DNA from: Octopus vulgaris
Taxonomy: Eukaryota
Direction of reading: 5' to 3'
Length of the DNA: 64,000 nucleotides
NCBI GenBank assembly: GCA_951406725.2
Contig: OX597816.1
Span: forward strand, 165,788,001-165,852,000
Position 1 is the stretch's first letter. Each line of letters begins with the position of its first letter. The notes below the pieces were generated by a model, which saw nothing but the letters and a program-made list of their open reading frames with translations, did not search any database and was not told the DNA's origin. Position numbers and translations under genes: made by a program. Shown piece by piece: positions 38,515 to 52,330 of this stretch.

Positions 38515-38740
38515 TATCACGGCATCACGGTATCGACCAGACTATCGCATGTTATACATCCCTGGTCACAATGCCCTTTGCATTATTTAAGCTTTCGAAT
38601 GATGCCACCCCATTGGCTAGTTGAGCAGAGCAACATTATCCCTGTTCGGAAGGCTAGTCGGTTGCACGGTTACTCATTTTTGCCAGCTGAGTGGACTAGG
38701 GTAACGTAAAATGAAGTGTTTTGCTGAAGGACATAACGCG
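38515..38740 (-). mobile_element. Truncated SINE with family D body and C2 tail
   Basis: TACTCATTTTTGCCAGCTGAGTGGAC (D body) joined to CTGGTCACAATGCCC (C2 tail). Confidence 0.7.
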
Positions 38741-38989
38741 GATCTTTACCTTTTAACCGAGAGATTTAAAAATAATTTTTCAAACTTCGTATACTGGTAG
38801 AATGTGTCACATAAAACATCTTATACCTTTGGCGTTGTGGAGAAAATTCTGTATTTTGGAAGTTGTTTCTTGTTAAAGTTGTCGTATTTCGGTAATTTCA
38901 ATCAATCAATGAAGTGTATTCAGCCGAATAAAATTACTGCCGTTGTTTGTCAACAACAACTTCCGGTGGTGTATATTTCGTTTGTATAT

Positions 38990-39161
38990 AGGCGTAGGAG
39001 TGGCTGGGTGGTAAGTAGCTTGCTTACGAGCCACATCGTTCCGGGTTCAGTCCCACTGCGTGGCACCTTGGGCAAGTGTCTTCTATTATAGCCTCGGGCC
39101 GACCAAAGCCTTGTGAGTGGATTTGGTAGACGAAAACTGAAAGAAGCCCATCGTATATATG

Positions 39162-39239
<78 letters not shown>

Positions 39240-39420
39240 TCCCCCCAACATCACTTGACAACTGATGCTGGTGTGTTTACGACCCCGTAGCTTAGTGGTT
39301 CGGCAAAAGAGATCGATAGAATAAGTACTAGGCTTACAAAGAAGTCCTGGTGTCGATTTGCTCGACTAAAGGCGGTGCTCCAGCATGGCCACAGTCAAAT
39401 GAGTGAAACAAGTAAAAGAG
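38990..39420 (+). mobile_element. SINE family A, full length
   Basis: AGGCGTAGGAGTGGCTGGGTGGTAAG...GGGTTCAGTCCC...CACCTTGGGCAAGTG...(TA)n(TG)n...CCAGCATGGCC. Confidence 0.9.
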
Positions 39421-39458
39421 AGATACCTATTTATTAAAGCTTCAAAAACATAAGAAAA

Positions 39459-39500
39459 AACAGTTACTCGGAGTTTCACGTATTTGTTCGTCGGACAATT
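39459..39500 (-). ncRNA. HHR-like motif, CCGACGA core
   Basis: aauugu-CCGACGA-AC-aaauac-GU-GAAA-CUC-c-GAG-UA-acuguu. Confidence 0.5.
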
Positions 39501-39586
39501 GTGATCAAGCATATTACTCTAACCTGGTATTCGAGTTCTATTTTCCTCCACCTTGTTTTGCATATATATTCTTACTCGTTTGTGTA

Positions 39587-39636
<50 letters not shown>

Positions 39637-39659
39637 CGCGTATATATATATATATATAT

Positions 39660-39718
<59 letters not shown>

Positions 39719-40532
39719 GCATATACACGCACACATAATTATCACACACATATGTATTTGTGTGTGCATGTCTACCAAATTCATTCACAAGACACTTGTC
39801 AGTCCCGGACTATAGAAGATACTTGCATAAAATGCCGTCCATTGAATCTGAGCACAAACACAAATATTTTCAAAGCGGGCTTCTTAATGCGTCTATATAT
39901 CGAACATCCGGACATAATATATATATACGTAAGAAACACATTATATACATATTTACATAACATATATTTGTAGTAATATTTACACGCCCACACACGGCCA
40001 CACGCTCACACGCACGCACATACACACACGTGTATATAACTATGAGCACTTGGCTTACTCCCACCTCTTACGTGAGCGCCCACATATATCTTTCAATTGG
40101 GACATCTCAGCAAAATTTCTCATTCAGTCACCGCAAATCGATGACCTATAACTAATAGCATTGATAAAGAACGTTGACAGACGATAATAAGTAATGGGAT
40201 GTAGCTAGTGTCGTCTGCTTTTGTTGTTGTTGTTTTTTTTTTCTATAGAAAACTGCACAGTTTTTCTCCATTATGTATGTCTTACGAAATTGTCCATACG
40301 ATACATGAATACCGACTGTACTGAGAGAACACAGACGTGTGTATGAAAGATGAACTGGTAACAATAAACTACGTCGTTTCTGGGCGAAACTAAAAAGATG
40401 TTTTAATCTGTTCTTGTTACATTTTTTATACTTACACGAACAACAATTTATTAAATTTTCTGTCTCTATTCTTCTGTCTCAATTGCCTGTCGCTTTTCTA
40501 CTCTTCTTCACTGTCTCTGTCTGGCATTCTGT

Positions 40533-40610
<78 letters not shown>

Positions 40611-40626
40611 GTCTGTCTGTCTGTCA

Positions 40627-40747
<121 letters not shown>

Positions 40748-41111
40748 CCTTCCATCTTGTTTAAATAATGTAAAAAGAAAAAAAATGAGATGTCTGTGAA
40801 ACGTTCAGCTAAATGTGCATGGTCAATATCGACGAAGAGCTGACCACGGTTTCTAGGAAGTCGACTGACCTCGTCGAACCGTCTTCCTTGCTTTGTCAGG
40901 AATATTCCAAGAAGATATATTTTAAGCCGAGTAAAGATATATTTCAAAATTATTACCATAATCAATAGTTCATGTTCGATTGTACATGTCATATCACAAT
41001 TGTAATATATGTATATATGTATATGTATATACATATATATGTACAAAATGCATATGTTATTATTATTAGCGTTATGACTCTCCTAAGACACAACAATCTG
41101 TGTGTGTGTGA

Positions 41112-41216
<105 letters not shown>

Positions 41217-41285
41217 GGTCCCGGGTTGAGTCAGGGGTTAACCACAGTAAATAATGTACTCAATACATAGCAGAATAAATTAATT

Positions 41286-41405
41286 TATTTTATAGAAGGA
41301 GCTTCTACAGGACTAGAACTGTTTCATTCAAAAGAAATCATCAGGAAGCTTCCTGATGATTTCTTTTGAATGAAACAGTTCTAGTCCTGTAGAAGCTCCT
41401 TCTAT

Positions 41406-41411
<6 letters not shown>
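41286..41411. repeat. Perfect loopless palindrome, 63-bp arms
   Basis: Centre GGAAG|CTTCC at 41348/41349; arms are exact reverse complements by eye. Confidence 0.95.
41347..41397 (+). ncRNA. Type I hammerhead ribozyme-like motif (mirror copy on the minus strand)
   Basis: AGCUUC-CUGAUGA-U-UUC-uuuu-GAA-U-GAAA-CAG-uucuaguc-CUG-UA-GAAGCU. Confidence 0.75.
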
Positions 41412-41462
<51 letters not shown>

Positions 41463-41505
41463 GTATGTATATAGATAGATAGGTAGAGAGATGGATAGAT
41501 AGATG

Positions 41506-41580
<75 letters not shown>

Positions 41581-41781
41581 GCATTTGTGTTTTTATGTTT
41601 GTGTTTATGACCCAATTCTGCTTGACAACTGGTATTACATCCTCGTAACTTGGCTGTTCAGCAAAAGGGATCGATAGAATAAGTGTCAAACTTAGAATAA
41701 GTACTTCGTTTTCCCCGAACCTCTTAAGATGATGCAAGAAAATGTAAGAGTAAGCAATAACCATCGTCTATTAACTAAACA

Positions 41782-42195
41782 AGGCGGTGAGCTGACATAA
41801 TCGTTAATACACCGGACTAAATGGTTCGCGACTTTTTGTCCGTCTTTACGTTCTGAGTTCAAATTCCGCCGAGATCGACTTTGCCATTCATCCTTTTGAG
41901 GTCGATTAATTAAGTACCAGTTGCGTACTAGAGTCGATCTAATTCGGGCCTTGTTCCTAGATTAAAAACGATTGTCTAAGATGGCGAGCTGGCAGAACCG
42001 TTAGCACACGGGACTGAATGGTTAGCGACATTTCGACCGTCTTTACGTTCTGAGTTCAAATTCCGTGTAGGTCAACTTTGTTTTGCATGCTTTCGGGGAT
42101 CCATGAAATGAATACCAGTTGAGCGCTGGGATCGATGCAGACGACTTTACTGCCAACCCAACTCCCAAATTGCTGGACTTGCGCCAAAATTAGAA
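41782..42195 (+). mobile_element. Two diverged SINE family B copies
   Basis: Heads at ~41782 and ~41982 with TTACGTTCTGAGTTCAAATTCC. Confidence 0.75.
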
Positions 42196-43261
42196 ACCAA
42201 TATCTCATTATACTAAATCCGTCTAAACAGTCTGTTCTCAAGATGTCCACGCAAAACTCATTATATTCAGTTCTGGAAAAAACTGCGCACGCCGGATTAC
42301 TTATGTGAACCTATTGTCAATTTTTAATGACTGTTGCCGACAGCGTTAATTTCTCTTTAAAATTCTTTTCACACCGAAATTTATTTAAATAAAAAAAAAA
42401 GTTCCCAGCAGCAAGAGTAGTTATTGAATTGCTTAATTCATAAAATAATTTTAATTAAAATTATCAGACAAAATAAATGACTAAAACTCGCACGTGTAGG
42501 ATTTCACTGATTTAATGAGACATCGAATATTTTTCCTGGTGGCAATTCGTGTTTTTCGTTTTGGAGTTTTAAAAGCTGTTGTTTTTGACATTGTTGTTTA
42601 AGATTTCTTTGTATTAAATATTAAACAGACAGTGATTTAAGTACTTGATTCTTCATTGCAGAAATAATGACCAGGAAGAACGTTTAACAAAACTACAGCA
42701 GACATAGTTTGGTGGCAGCAATAAAAAATTTGAAACGTATACACGCACATGTGTGTGTATGTGTGTGTGTGCGCGCGTGAGAGTGTATGGGTTTGTGTGT
42801 ATGTATATGTATATATATATATATACATAAATATGAGAGGAAATTCACTATGTGGAAGCCCTTACGCTAAAAAGAGATCCGCATAAGTCTCAACCACTAA
42901 GAATTGTTCTCCAGAAAATTTAGCACACCGTGAACCTAAGCGAGCAGGACAAATGAAAAATAACAAAAATATAGATTGACCCCATACAATTGTTTCACTG
43001 TTAATAAATTATGCAATTTTACTCACACAATTCATCTGCAGCTCGTTAGTGAGGTCGTCATATAAAGATATAATTTGTCGAACTCCACGCCAGATATCAA
43101 CACAAGGCCGAAAATACATGTAGTTCCACCTATTACATCTACGGTTATCTTCAAACGTCCTCGTTCGGGCGCGCCAAATTACCGGAAATAAATACTGCAT
43201 AGATAATTCACTGAAGTAGTTTTCGCCGGTTTGAGAATGTTCTCAAACCGGTGAAAAAATA

Positions 43262-44911
43262 GAATGATTGTAGAGAATTGCCGGAGCAACAAGAACTTAA
43301 GTATGGCATGGATAGACTACAGGAAAGCGTTTGATAGTGTCACACATAATTGGCTACTCAAGGCTCTTGAGATATATATGATCTCTGCTGTCCTCTCTAA
43401 ATTCTTACAAAGTAGCATGGCCAAGTGGAATACACGTCTCTTTCTACACCATAGTAATGGGATGAACGAGGCATCTTTCAAAGTGTGACACCTTCTCCCC
43501 ATTATTCTGTTGTATGGCTCTGATCCCACTCTCAAACGAACTGAGTAACACCAGATATGGGTTCAAAATGTATAATATTATAGTAAACCATCTGTTTTAT
43601 ATGGACGATCTAAAGCTGTTTGCTAGAAATGATAAAGAGCTAGTGGGATTGTTAACAATTGTTAAAGAGTTCAGCAATAACATCAGGATGGATTTTGGGC
43701 CTTGATAAGTATGTTAAGCAACTTTTGTAAGAGGCAAGCTCAGGCAAACAGCTTCCATTAACATCAAGGAGCTTGACCCACGAGAAAGGTTACTATCTGA
43801 TCACCCCAGTGGATGTGAATGGCATGCCTGTCAGAGGGTGCAGAAAACGAATGCACAGTGAATGGAAGACAATGGAACTGTTCGGAATTACTGAATAGAG
43901 ATTATGTGACCAAGCAAGAGCAATACGAATGAGTGAATGGTTAACAGAAATGGAGCTAAAAGAAATTAAAAGAAAGATATTGGGTCATGATGGGCATGCG
44001 AGAAACGAAAGTGGTCTTGTAGAAGAGATGGACAATTGTTCGCAAGGATATATTACCATGAATTATGAAAGAATTGAGATCAATGACAACTCAAACAATG
44101 AAGATAGACAGGATTTTAGATCTATTAAATAGAGAAGGGACAGAATTTATGTGCGACGCTAGAAAGGCTAACTAAGTCAAGAGACGAGTAAATCCAATGA
44201 TGTACAAAGACACATTGAAGCAAAGAGCATCACACAGACAAATATACAATACTACCGACAACGACAAATGCAGAATGTGTGATGAGAGGGGTGAAACAGT
44301 ATAGTACATCGTTAGCGAATACCCGAAATTGGCACAATGCAAATAAAAAAGACGCCATGACAATGGTGAAAGAACGATCCATTGGGAGCTCTGTGAAAAT
44401 CACGGCCTACAAAGAGCAAAGACGTTGTATGAGAAAATTTCAAGAGAAACCGAAAATGAGAATTACAAAATCCTGTGGGGTGTAGTGATCCTGTGTGGGG
44501 TGCAATGATCACCCGACCAGACATCGGAAAACGGACATTGTTGAGGTGAATAAAAAAGAAAGAACATGTATGATAATCGACATAGAATGCCTCGGTGACA
44601 ACAAGACCAATGTGAAAGAAGAAGGGAAAATAAACTATGACGATTTGAAGTGGGAAATGCGAAGTTTGTGGTCAATGAAGAGAGCAGACGTGATGTAAAT
44701 AGTAACTGGTGCATTCGACTACCAGTATGGCTAAAAAAGATTGGTGCAAGTGTGAAGGCAGAACATCTACAAAAATCAGCATTGCTTGGAACTGCAAGAA
44801 TTCTTCGCAGGGTTCTTCAAGCCTGACCAGTAAACAAATGTCACCTTAGTCTGCTGACTTTGGACAGCTGACACTTTCCATCATATCCAGCAAAATAAGC
44901 TGTGAGTTTTC

Positions 44912-44912
<1 letters not shown>
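43262..44912 (+). pseudogene. R4/Dong-like non-LTR retrotransposon fragments (RT, CCHC and REL endonuclease) ending in (TAA)n
   Basis: AWIDYRKAFDSV, HLFYMDDLKLF, CRMC..RHD, DIV..CMIIDI..KINY, ALLGTARILRRVL; scrambled and frameshifted. Confidence 0.85.
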
Positions 44913-45010
<98 letters not shown>

Positions 45011-45273
45011 TAATAATAATAATAATAATGATAATAATAATAAGGATAATAATAATATTCCCTCAAAATAAATTAAGGAACTTGCATATCTACAGCTTTG
45101 GAATACAAACGAACACCTCAAAAAAAAAAAAAATTGATACTTTTAATATCTCCAATTTTGCGTGAACATTTTGTCTTTCCTTCTTCCCTGACTAACAGTA
45201 TATGATCTATTCACCAACCTGCTACCCAAATTTTCCTTCAAACATGGTGGTGATGGTGACAATGATGATGATG

Positions 45274-45346
<73 letters not shown>

Positions 45347-45487
45347 TAATAAGAAAAATAATAAAAATTGCTCTACTAGGCACTGCACACATCCTACGCA
45401 GAACACTTTCCATACAATAACCATCAGGGCATCACAACAAATCACAGCACGGCAGTGAAGTGAAAGCACGATATAAAAAATATACTA

Positions 45488-45571
<84 letters not shown>
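44913..45571. repeat. Three (TAA)n tracts with a second Dong-like 3' end (45362-45490)
   Basis: KIALLGTAHILRRTLSIQ* lies between (TAA)n runs. Confidence 0.85.
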
Positions 45572-45572
<1 letters not shown>

Positions 45573-45879
45573 TGCTGCAGCGGCTAATACTAAATACTAC
45601 TACATTACATTAATACTACAACTACCACTATTATGATAGCACAGGAATCTGAGGCCCAAATACCACCCTCCCCACTGCTCCACCTACGCTACTGTTGCTG
45701 CTACTGCAACCACTGCTACTACTACATATATAACAATAATATCAGTGATATCAGTGATGATAATAATAATGAAAGGAAACGGGTTGAGCCTCCTCCTCCT
45801 CATGAACTGATTAATGATACATCTAGTGATGGTGCCACAATAAAAACTCTAGTAACTGCGCAACTTGATAATCGCTACC

Positions 45880-47200
45880 TCATATGAGTGACAATGAAAA
45901 CACAAAATATTGTGAATAACGGTGGTAATGAAACTGAAGCCAATGATGGTGACAGTGTTACACCCGGTAGGCTCAGAGATTCTGGTCTGGCTCCAGCCTA
46001 ACGATATCCACACACGGCGTAGATAGAGCAAGCAAATTAATGCTGTGGTCATGGAGTGTTACTACCTGAGCAGCTCGATAGCTGAAAATGGTGCTCAAAT
46101 TAGGGGTTACCGACAACGTGTGTATGAACATTGGAGAGAAAATGGATTGTTTCAACTCATGGAACAAAGACTATGTGATCAAGCTAGAACAATAAAAACA
46201 AAATTGTTGGTTCACAGAAGTAGAGCTCGAAGCTATCAAAAGACGGGTCATAGAAAATAGCAGCAGTGATAACAATGAAAATACAGTTCTTACTAATAAG
46301 AGTAATCTCATAGCACAGGAAAGAAGCAGTGGTAGTTTATTTGATGAGAGACATATAGATGATCTAAACGAAGACAATAAAGCTAACGGTGACATGACAG
46401 ATGAACAAAAGGCAATCTACGACAGAATAAAGGTAAGACTACAGGAGAACGATAGCGACATTATTTGTAACCTTAAAAAGGTTGATCGATGGAAATTGAA
46501 CCAAGAAACAAAAAATGTCAATGAAATTCTGAAATACATCAGAACAAACAACATCACAAAAACAAATAATTTGATTAAGGTAGCAATGTGGGTGTAGCAG
46601 AAGATGTAGGTGTTGATGTCAAGAAAAAGAATCATAATGGGAGTGACAAAAGAAAAGATCCATGGTGGAAAAGAAGAATTCAGGTAGGGTTAGACATGTT
46701 CTCGAAGGAAATCTCTGTGCTAGACCGAAAAGAGAAAGGGGAGCTTAAAAGCGAACAAAAATACAGGGTGCTGAAAAGGAGGAATAATATTGAAAGAAAG
46801 GGCATGAAAGTAATAGTGGAGGAACTGAAGCAGCACCTCGTTGCAAAGAAAGCAAAGATGGTAAGATACGACCAAAGAATGAAGGGTTACCACCAGAATA
46901 TGTTAGAGTAGATCAGAAGAGATTCTATAAAGAAATAAATGGAGTGTACAGATGAAAAGTTGATACCAGATAACATTGAAAGTCAAAGGTTTTGGAGTGA
47001 CATCTGGAGCAAAGACAAGGAGCACAAGAAGGATGCTGAATGGTTGCAAGAACCGGAAACAAACAGTAGTCTGTCAAAAACAGGCAGATCTAGTCATTTC
47101 AGTTAGGGAAGTGAAGGAAATCAGCAAAAAATGAGCAACTGGAAGACCCGAGACCAGATAAAGTTCAAGGCAACTGGATCAAAAGATTTGGTGAATGTCA
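45880..47200 (+). pseudogene. R4/Dong-like LINE N-terminal region
   Basis: VMECYYLS..GYRQRVYEHW..EQRLCDQARTI, PWWKRRI, FWSDIWS and NWK.P.PD..QG.WIK; multiple frameshifts. Confidence 0.75.
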
Positions 47201-48032
47201 TGCATATATTCTTTTTAGTTTCCGTCTCCAAATCCACTCAGAAGTGTTTTATCAGCCTGGGGCTGTAGACAAATGCATTTGGCCAAGGTGCTGTGCAGTG
47301 GGACTGAACCCAAGACATCATGGTTGAGAAGCCAACTTCTTAACCACACAGCCACATCTGCACCTATTAAGTACGTGTTTTTAATATTCATATTTTACTT
47401 CAATTTTTTTGAACATCTGATTCAATGGCGCCTCTAATAGTTTCTTATCTCACTAATCTATCTGGTTCCTACAAAGTAATCGGTTCACCGCGTTGTCTTC
47501 TATTCTAACATTCTTTGTTGCAGCTGCATTAAGTATGTATTACCTGTTCATTCTTACATTTTTTCTGCTTTACTTTTTCACATCAGTAGGATCAATACAC
47601 TCCTCTTACTCTCTCTCCATCTCTCTTTCTCTTCTCTCTCTCTGTAAGGTATCAATAGATATTTTTCCAATAGATAATTATCTATCTAACACACCCAACG
47701 CCTCTTTCTTTCTCATTTCCGTATTTCTGGTCCTCGGCTGCATAATGCACCTGAAGTCGATAATTGTTGCGAATGATTACTCATGTATGCATGTATGCAT
47801 GCAAGTATGCATGCAAGTATGCATGCATGTATGTATGTATGTATGTATGTATGTATGTATGTATGTATGTATGTATGTATGTATGTATGTATGTATGTAT
47901 GTATGTATGTATGTATGTATGTATGTATATATGTATGAATATATATTATGCACATAATAATATAACACAATATTATATATATATGTTTATATATCTAAAT
48001 ATATATATTATTTTATAAATTATCTATCTACC

Positions 48033-48074
<42 letters not shown>

Positions 48075-48079
<5 letters not shown>

Positions 48080-48355
48080 ACTGCATTAGTGCCAATGACG
48101 CCAACATCACCATCAAGATGTAGGACCATATTCAGCAACAGGTTAGGATTCAAAGCCCCACAGCTCTTCACAGTAGTCTCCCAAAAAACTTGAGAGACCT
48201 GCACAGATGTAGGTCTCTTCAAAACAAAGCTAGATCTACTCCTGTCGAGAGTTCCGGATGAGCCTACCTTACAACAGGAAAAGCGAATGAGGGCTGCAGC
48301 GCAAAACTCCCTCATTCACCAAATGCCACGTATCAGAGGACATTTCAAGCATTGA
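48075..48355 (+). pseudogene. CR1-like LINE ORF2 3' remnant
   Basis: GFKAPQLF..PKNLRDL..FKTKLDLLLSRVPDEP..NSLIHQ. Confidence 0.6.
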
Positions 48356-48478
48356 AGGTGTAGAAAAATTAAAGGTGGTGCCACAGGATAGCCGCGGCTC
48401 TTGACATGAAACTAAGTACAAAGTTTAAAGAGTTGGTTTGGCTTTACAGTGTTTACATATATATAAATATGTGTGTGT

Positions 48479-48527
<49 letters not shown>

Positions 48528-48696
48528 TGTGTGTGGTAAGATATCTACTTTCCAGCCACATGGTTCAGGGTTCAGTCCCACCGCCTGGCATCTTGGGCAG
48601 CATCTGCCTTCTATTATAGCCTCGGGTCGACCAAAGCCTTTGTGAGTGGATTTGATACACGGAAACTGAAAGAAACTCGTCGTATATATATCTATA

Positions 48697-48730
<34 letters not shown>

Positions 48731-48862
48731 AATAAATATATATATATATATATGTATGTATGTATGTATGTACCTATATATACACATACGTACATACACA
48801 CACACATATATATATATATTTATATACATATACATACATATGCGTGTGTGTGTATGTATGTA

Positions 48863-50142
48863 TCAGGTTGAGTAAAAAATAAGCAACGTTTTGAACTATG
48901 AAAAATTTGTACCGGATTTTTGCAGAGTTTTGAATTTTGTTTCAAGCATTTTTTGTAATTGTCTGATAATACAGATATTGATTTGCCCGGATGCATCAAT
49001 ATATTAATATTGGTATTTATTTCACCGTTGTTACAATTATCTGAAATGGAACTGTCAAAGCGCAGTATTCGGGCAATTTTGCTATTCAACTTCAAAAAAG
49101 GACGTAAAGCAACTGAAATTGCTCGCGGTATGAACGAAATGTTTGGTGAAGAAATGACCATTGTGTGGTCAGCTCTAAAATGGTTTAAACTATTTCGCAG
49201 TGGAGAACCTGAGCCTTGAAGCTCGCGAGCTTAGTGGACGCCCATCTGTCATCGATGACGGTCAATTAAAGACCGTCATTGAGAAAGATCCAAGTAAAAC
49301 CACTCGAGAACTGGCGATCGAATTTCAAGTTAGCCAGAATACTGCCTGCAACCATTTGCATGCGATCGGAAAATCAAAAAAGCTCGACGAATGGGTTCCA
49401 CACGATTTGAATAAAAATCAGAAAATGCGCAGATATGAAATTTGCTCGTCGCTTCTTCTTCTCCGTAACCAGACCGATCCACTTCTAGACCGTATTGTAA
49501 CTTGCGATGAAAAGTGGATTCTGTACAATAATAAAAAATGCTTTTCGCAGCGACTGGACCAAAATGAAGCACAGAAAACCTTCCCTAAACCCGAGCTCTT
49601 CAAAAAGAAGGTTATGGTAAATGTTTGGTTGTGTGCTGCTGGACTCATCCACTATAACTTCTTAAAACCTGGAGAAACTATTACTGCAGAAGCATATTGT
49701 CATGAAATTGCCAAAATGAACGAAAAACTGCTACTCCTCCATCCCAGATTGGTCAACAGAAGAGGGCCAATCATTCTTCATGGCAATGCTCGACCACATG
49801 TTTCACTAATGACGCTCCAGAAGTTGAGGGAACTTGGCTACGAAGTTCTTCCCCACCCAGCTTATTCCCCACACCTTTCTCCTACCGAGTACCACTTTTT
49901 CAAGCACCTAGATGGTTTCCTGCGAGAGAATGAGTTTAAAAAGCAAACCGATGCTGAAAGTGCGTTCAAAGAGTTCATAAGCTCCAGAACTCCATATATT
50001 TATGTTACCGGAATAAACAAACTTGTAACTCGTTGGCAAAAATGTGTTGATTGTAAAAGTACTTACTTTGATGAATAAAATTTCCGCATTGTTGAAATAT
50101 ATTATGACGAATTTCACGTTTCAAAACGTTGCTTACTTTTTA
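48863..50142 (+). mobile_element. Near full-length mariner transposon
   Basis: TIRs TAAAAAATAAGCAACGTTTTGAA and TTCAAAACGTTGCTTACTTTTTA (right outer end eroded); TA at the left end; ~1.28 kb. Confidence 0.9.
49046..50078 (+). pseudogene. Mariner (Hsmar1/SETMAR-like DD34D) transposase pseudogene
   Basis: ATG at 49046, frameshift near 49205; WVPHDL and TCDEKW present; catalytic motifs altered (HDNA to HGNA, YSPDLAPSD to YSPHLSPTE). Confidence 0.9.
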
Positions 50143-50477
50143 TATCATAGATATCTATCTATACACACACGCTAGCACGTACTGTTATCTTTCCAGCAAC
50201 ACGATTTAAAGCAGATGTTATAAAAGATATCGACTATGTAATAAGAATCAATTATCTTAAACCAGTTATTCATGTGTACCAATATTTCATATCAGCTATG
50301 AATAGATATCGGGTACCACATACTAGTTACGTATGTGTCTCAGATATCACCTACCAGCTATGTATGTGTATAAGATATCAAGCTATGAATCAAGCTATCT
50401 GTATGTTTGTGCATCTGCGTGCAAATGTGTACGTATATGTTCATAAGAATGTGTACGCGTTTACCTATCGCTCTGTG

Positions 50478-50530
<53 letters not shown>

Positions 50531-50614
50531 ACACATAGACACGTACACACACATATATACATGCACACTCATATATAGAGATTAAGCGAGCTCATACTGT
50601 TTCTTCGAAATAAT

Positions 50615-50702
<88 letters not shown>

Positions 50703-50779
50703 GCGTTTGTGTATATGCATGTATGTAAGAGCTCACAGAAAACAAGTGACGTTATGTATGTCTCTTCTATTTTGTAATT

Positions 50780-51680
50780 ATTATAGATCTTCCACTGAGG
50801 AGGGAGCCGGTTTCCAACAAAGGTACAGGGCCCCATCTTTGGGATGTAGTTAATAGAGACAAATTCATATTTGGAACTTGAGAATAGTCTTGCATATTTT
50901 TACTGTTCCACTCACAGACTGGACTTGCAATGTACGAATCGACCGGTCGATTTCTCTTTCTGAAAATCCCAGTTTATCCAGATTCTCCTTTAAGCATTTA
51001 CTAACAAGACTTAGTGCTCCAATTATTATTGGTATAAATATGAATTCATAGTTTGGATATAGAAGTTGGAAGTTTCGAAGCAGTTGTCCATAGATATCCT
51101 CTTTTACTTTCATTTTCAAAGTGATATTTATATCTGCAGGGCAGCTAACCTCTATGATGGTACATACCTTTGCACCTCTGTACCAAACAACAATTTCCGG
51201 CCTGTTATGTTTACATTTGACAGAAGTTTTGATAGGAACACTCCACCAGTATTCTTTGAGTTGATGTTTATGAATGTATTCCATAACAAAGATTTTCTAA
51301 GTTTATTTCAGGACAGTATTTTTGGCGGATGGCATTGTAAATTGCTTTAGCAACAACATAGTGCCGCATTGGGAGGTAGTACCATGATGACATTTTAGGA
51401 CAGCTGCCAATCACATGCGTGATGTCTTCCACAGAAACATGACATAGCCTACAGATGCAGTTACATGTGTAGGCTATGTCATGTGTAGGTCACTGTCTCT
51501 CTTGTTCACCAGGTACTCTGTGGCAATCTTCTGTTCCTGGATCTCAAATGCATAGCCTTCAAAGTGTAATATGATGAAGTGATCTTGTATCCAAGAGAGG
51601 TTGCGCGTCGTGTCAATTCTACTGTCTTCTTCAAGTTTCCGGGCATGGTCATTTTTTGTACGCTTTTTTTGTGCGCTTTC
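50780..51680 (-). pseudogene. R4/Dong-like LINE C-terminal CCHC/REL remnant and 3' UTR
   Basis: HNRPEIVVW..CTIIEVSCP..KEDIY..IPIIIGAL; upstream CRLC..H..C and RH. Confidence 0.8.
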
Positions 51681-52083
51681 TATCCAGGTCTTCTCTAAGG
51701 TAAGAGAGCCCTGCTGTTTTGGGGCCGTATAGAAGATCATCAGGAAGAGAGTGTTTCTTGAGTTCACTGCCAGCTCGTACAATGTTGCTCACTTCACTTT
51801 TCAGCACTGCATTAATATATATATATTTTTTTGCTGTTGTATATATGTATGTTTATAATTAGGGTGTTGATTTGGGAGTCTAACGATTTAAGATTTACTG
51901 TTTCTAAGTCGTTATAATTACGCAGCTGGGTTAAATTTTCCTTTCATACACTGGAAAAGAATAAATCCAATTTGTACGGTTGCATTAGCATACCAAACTC
52001 TGAGTTCAAATTCCGCCGAGGTCTACTTTGCTTTTCACCCTTCGGTGTTGATGAAAATAAGTGCCAGTCGAGTACTGGGGGTA

Positions 52084-52330
52084 GTGAAGGCGCGTGGCTT
52101 AGTGGTTAGAGTGTTCGACTCATGATCGTAAGATTGCGGTTTCGATTCTTGGACCGGGCGACGCGTTGTGTTCTTGAGCAATACACTTCATTTCACAAAA
52201 CACCAGTCTACTCAACTGACAAAAATGAGTAAACCTGCGACGGAATAGCGTCCCGTCCAGAAGAGAGATACATGCGCCACAGAAACCGGCAAACCAGCCC
52301 TATATGAGTCTCTATGACTCTGCAAGGATC
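52084..52330 (+). mobile_element. SINE family D, preceded by a family B fragment (51985-52080)
   Basis: Collinear with 30188-30430. Confidence 0.8.

Noticed and set aside
49200-50078. 292-aa ORF as an active or domesticated transposase
   Set aside because: N-terminal frameshift, second catalytic Asp changed to Gly, YSPDL motif altered, right TIR eroded
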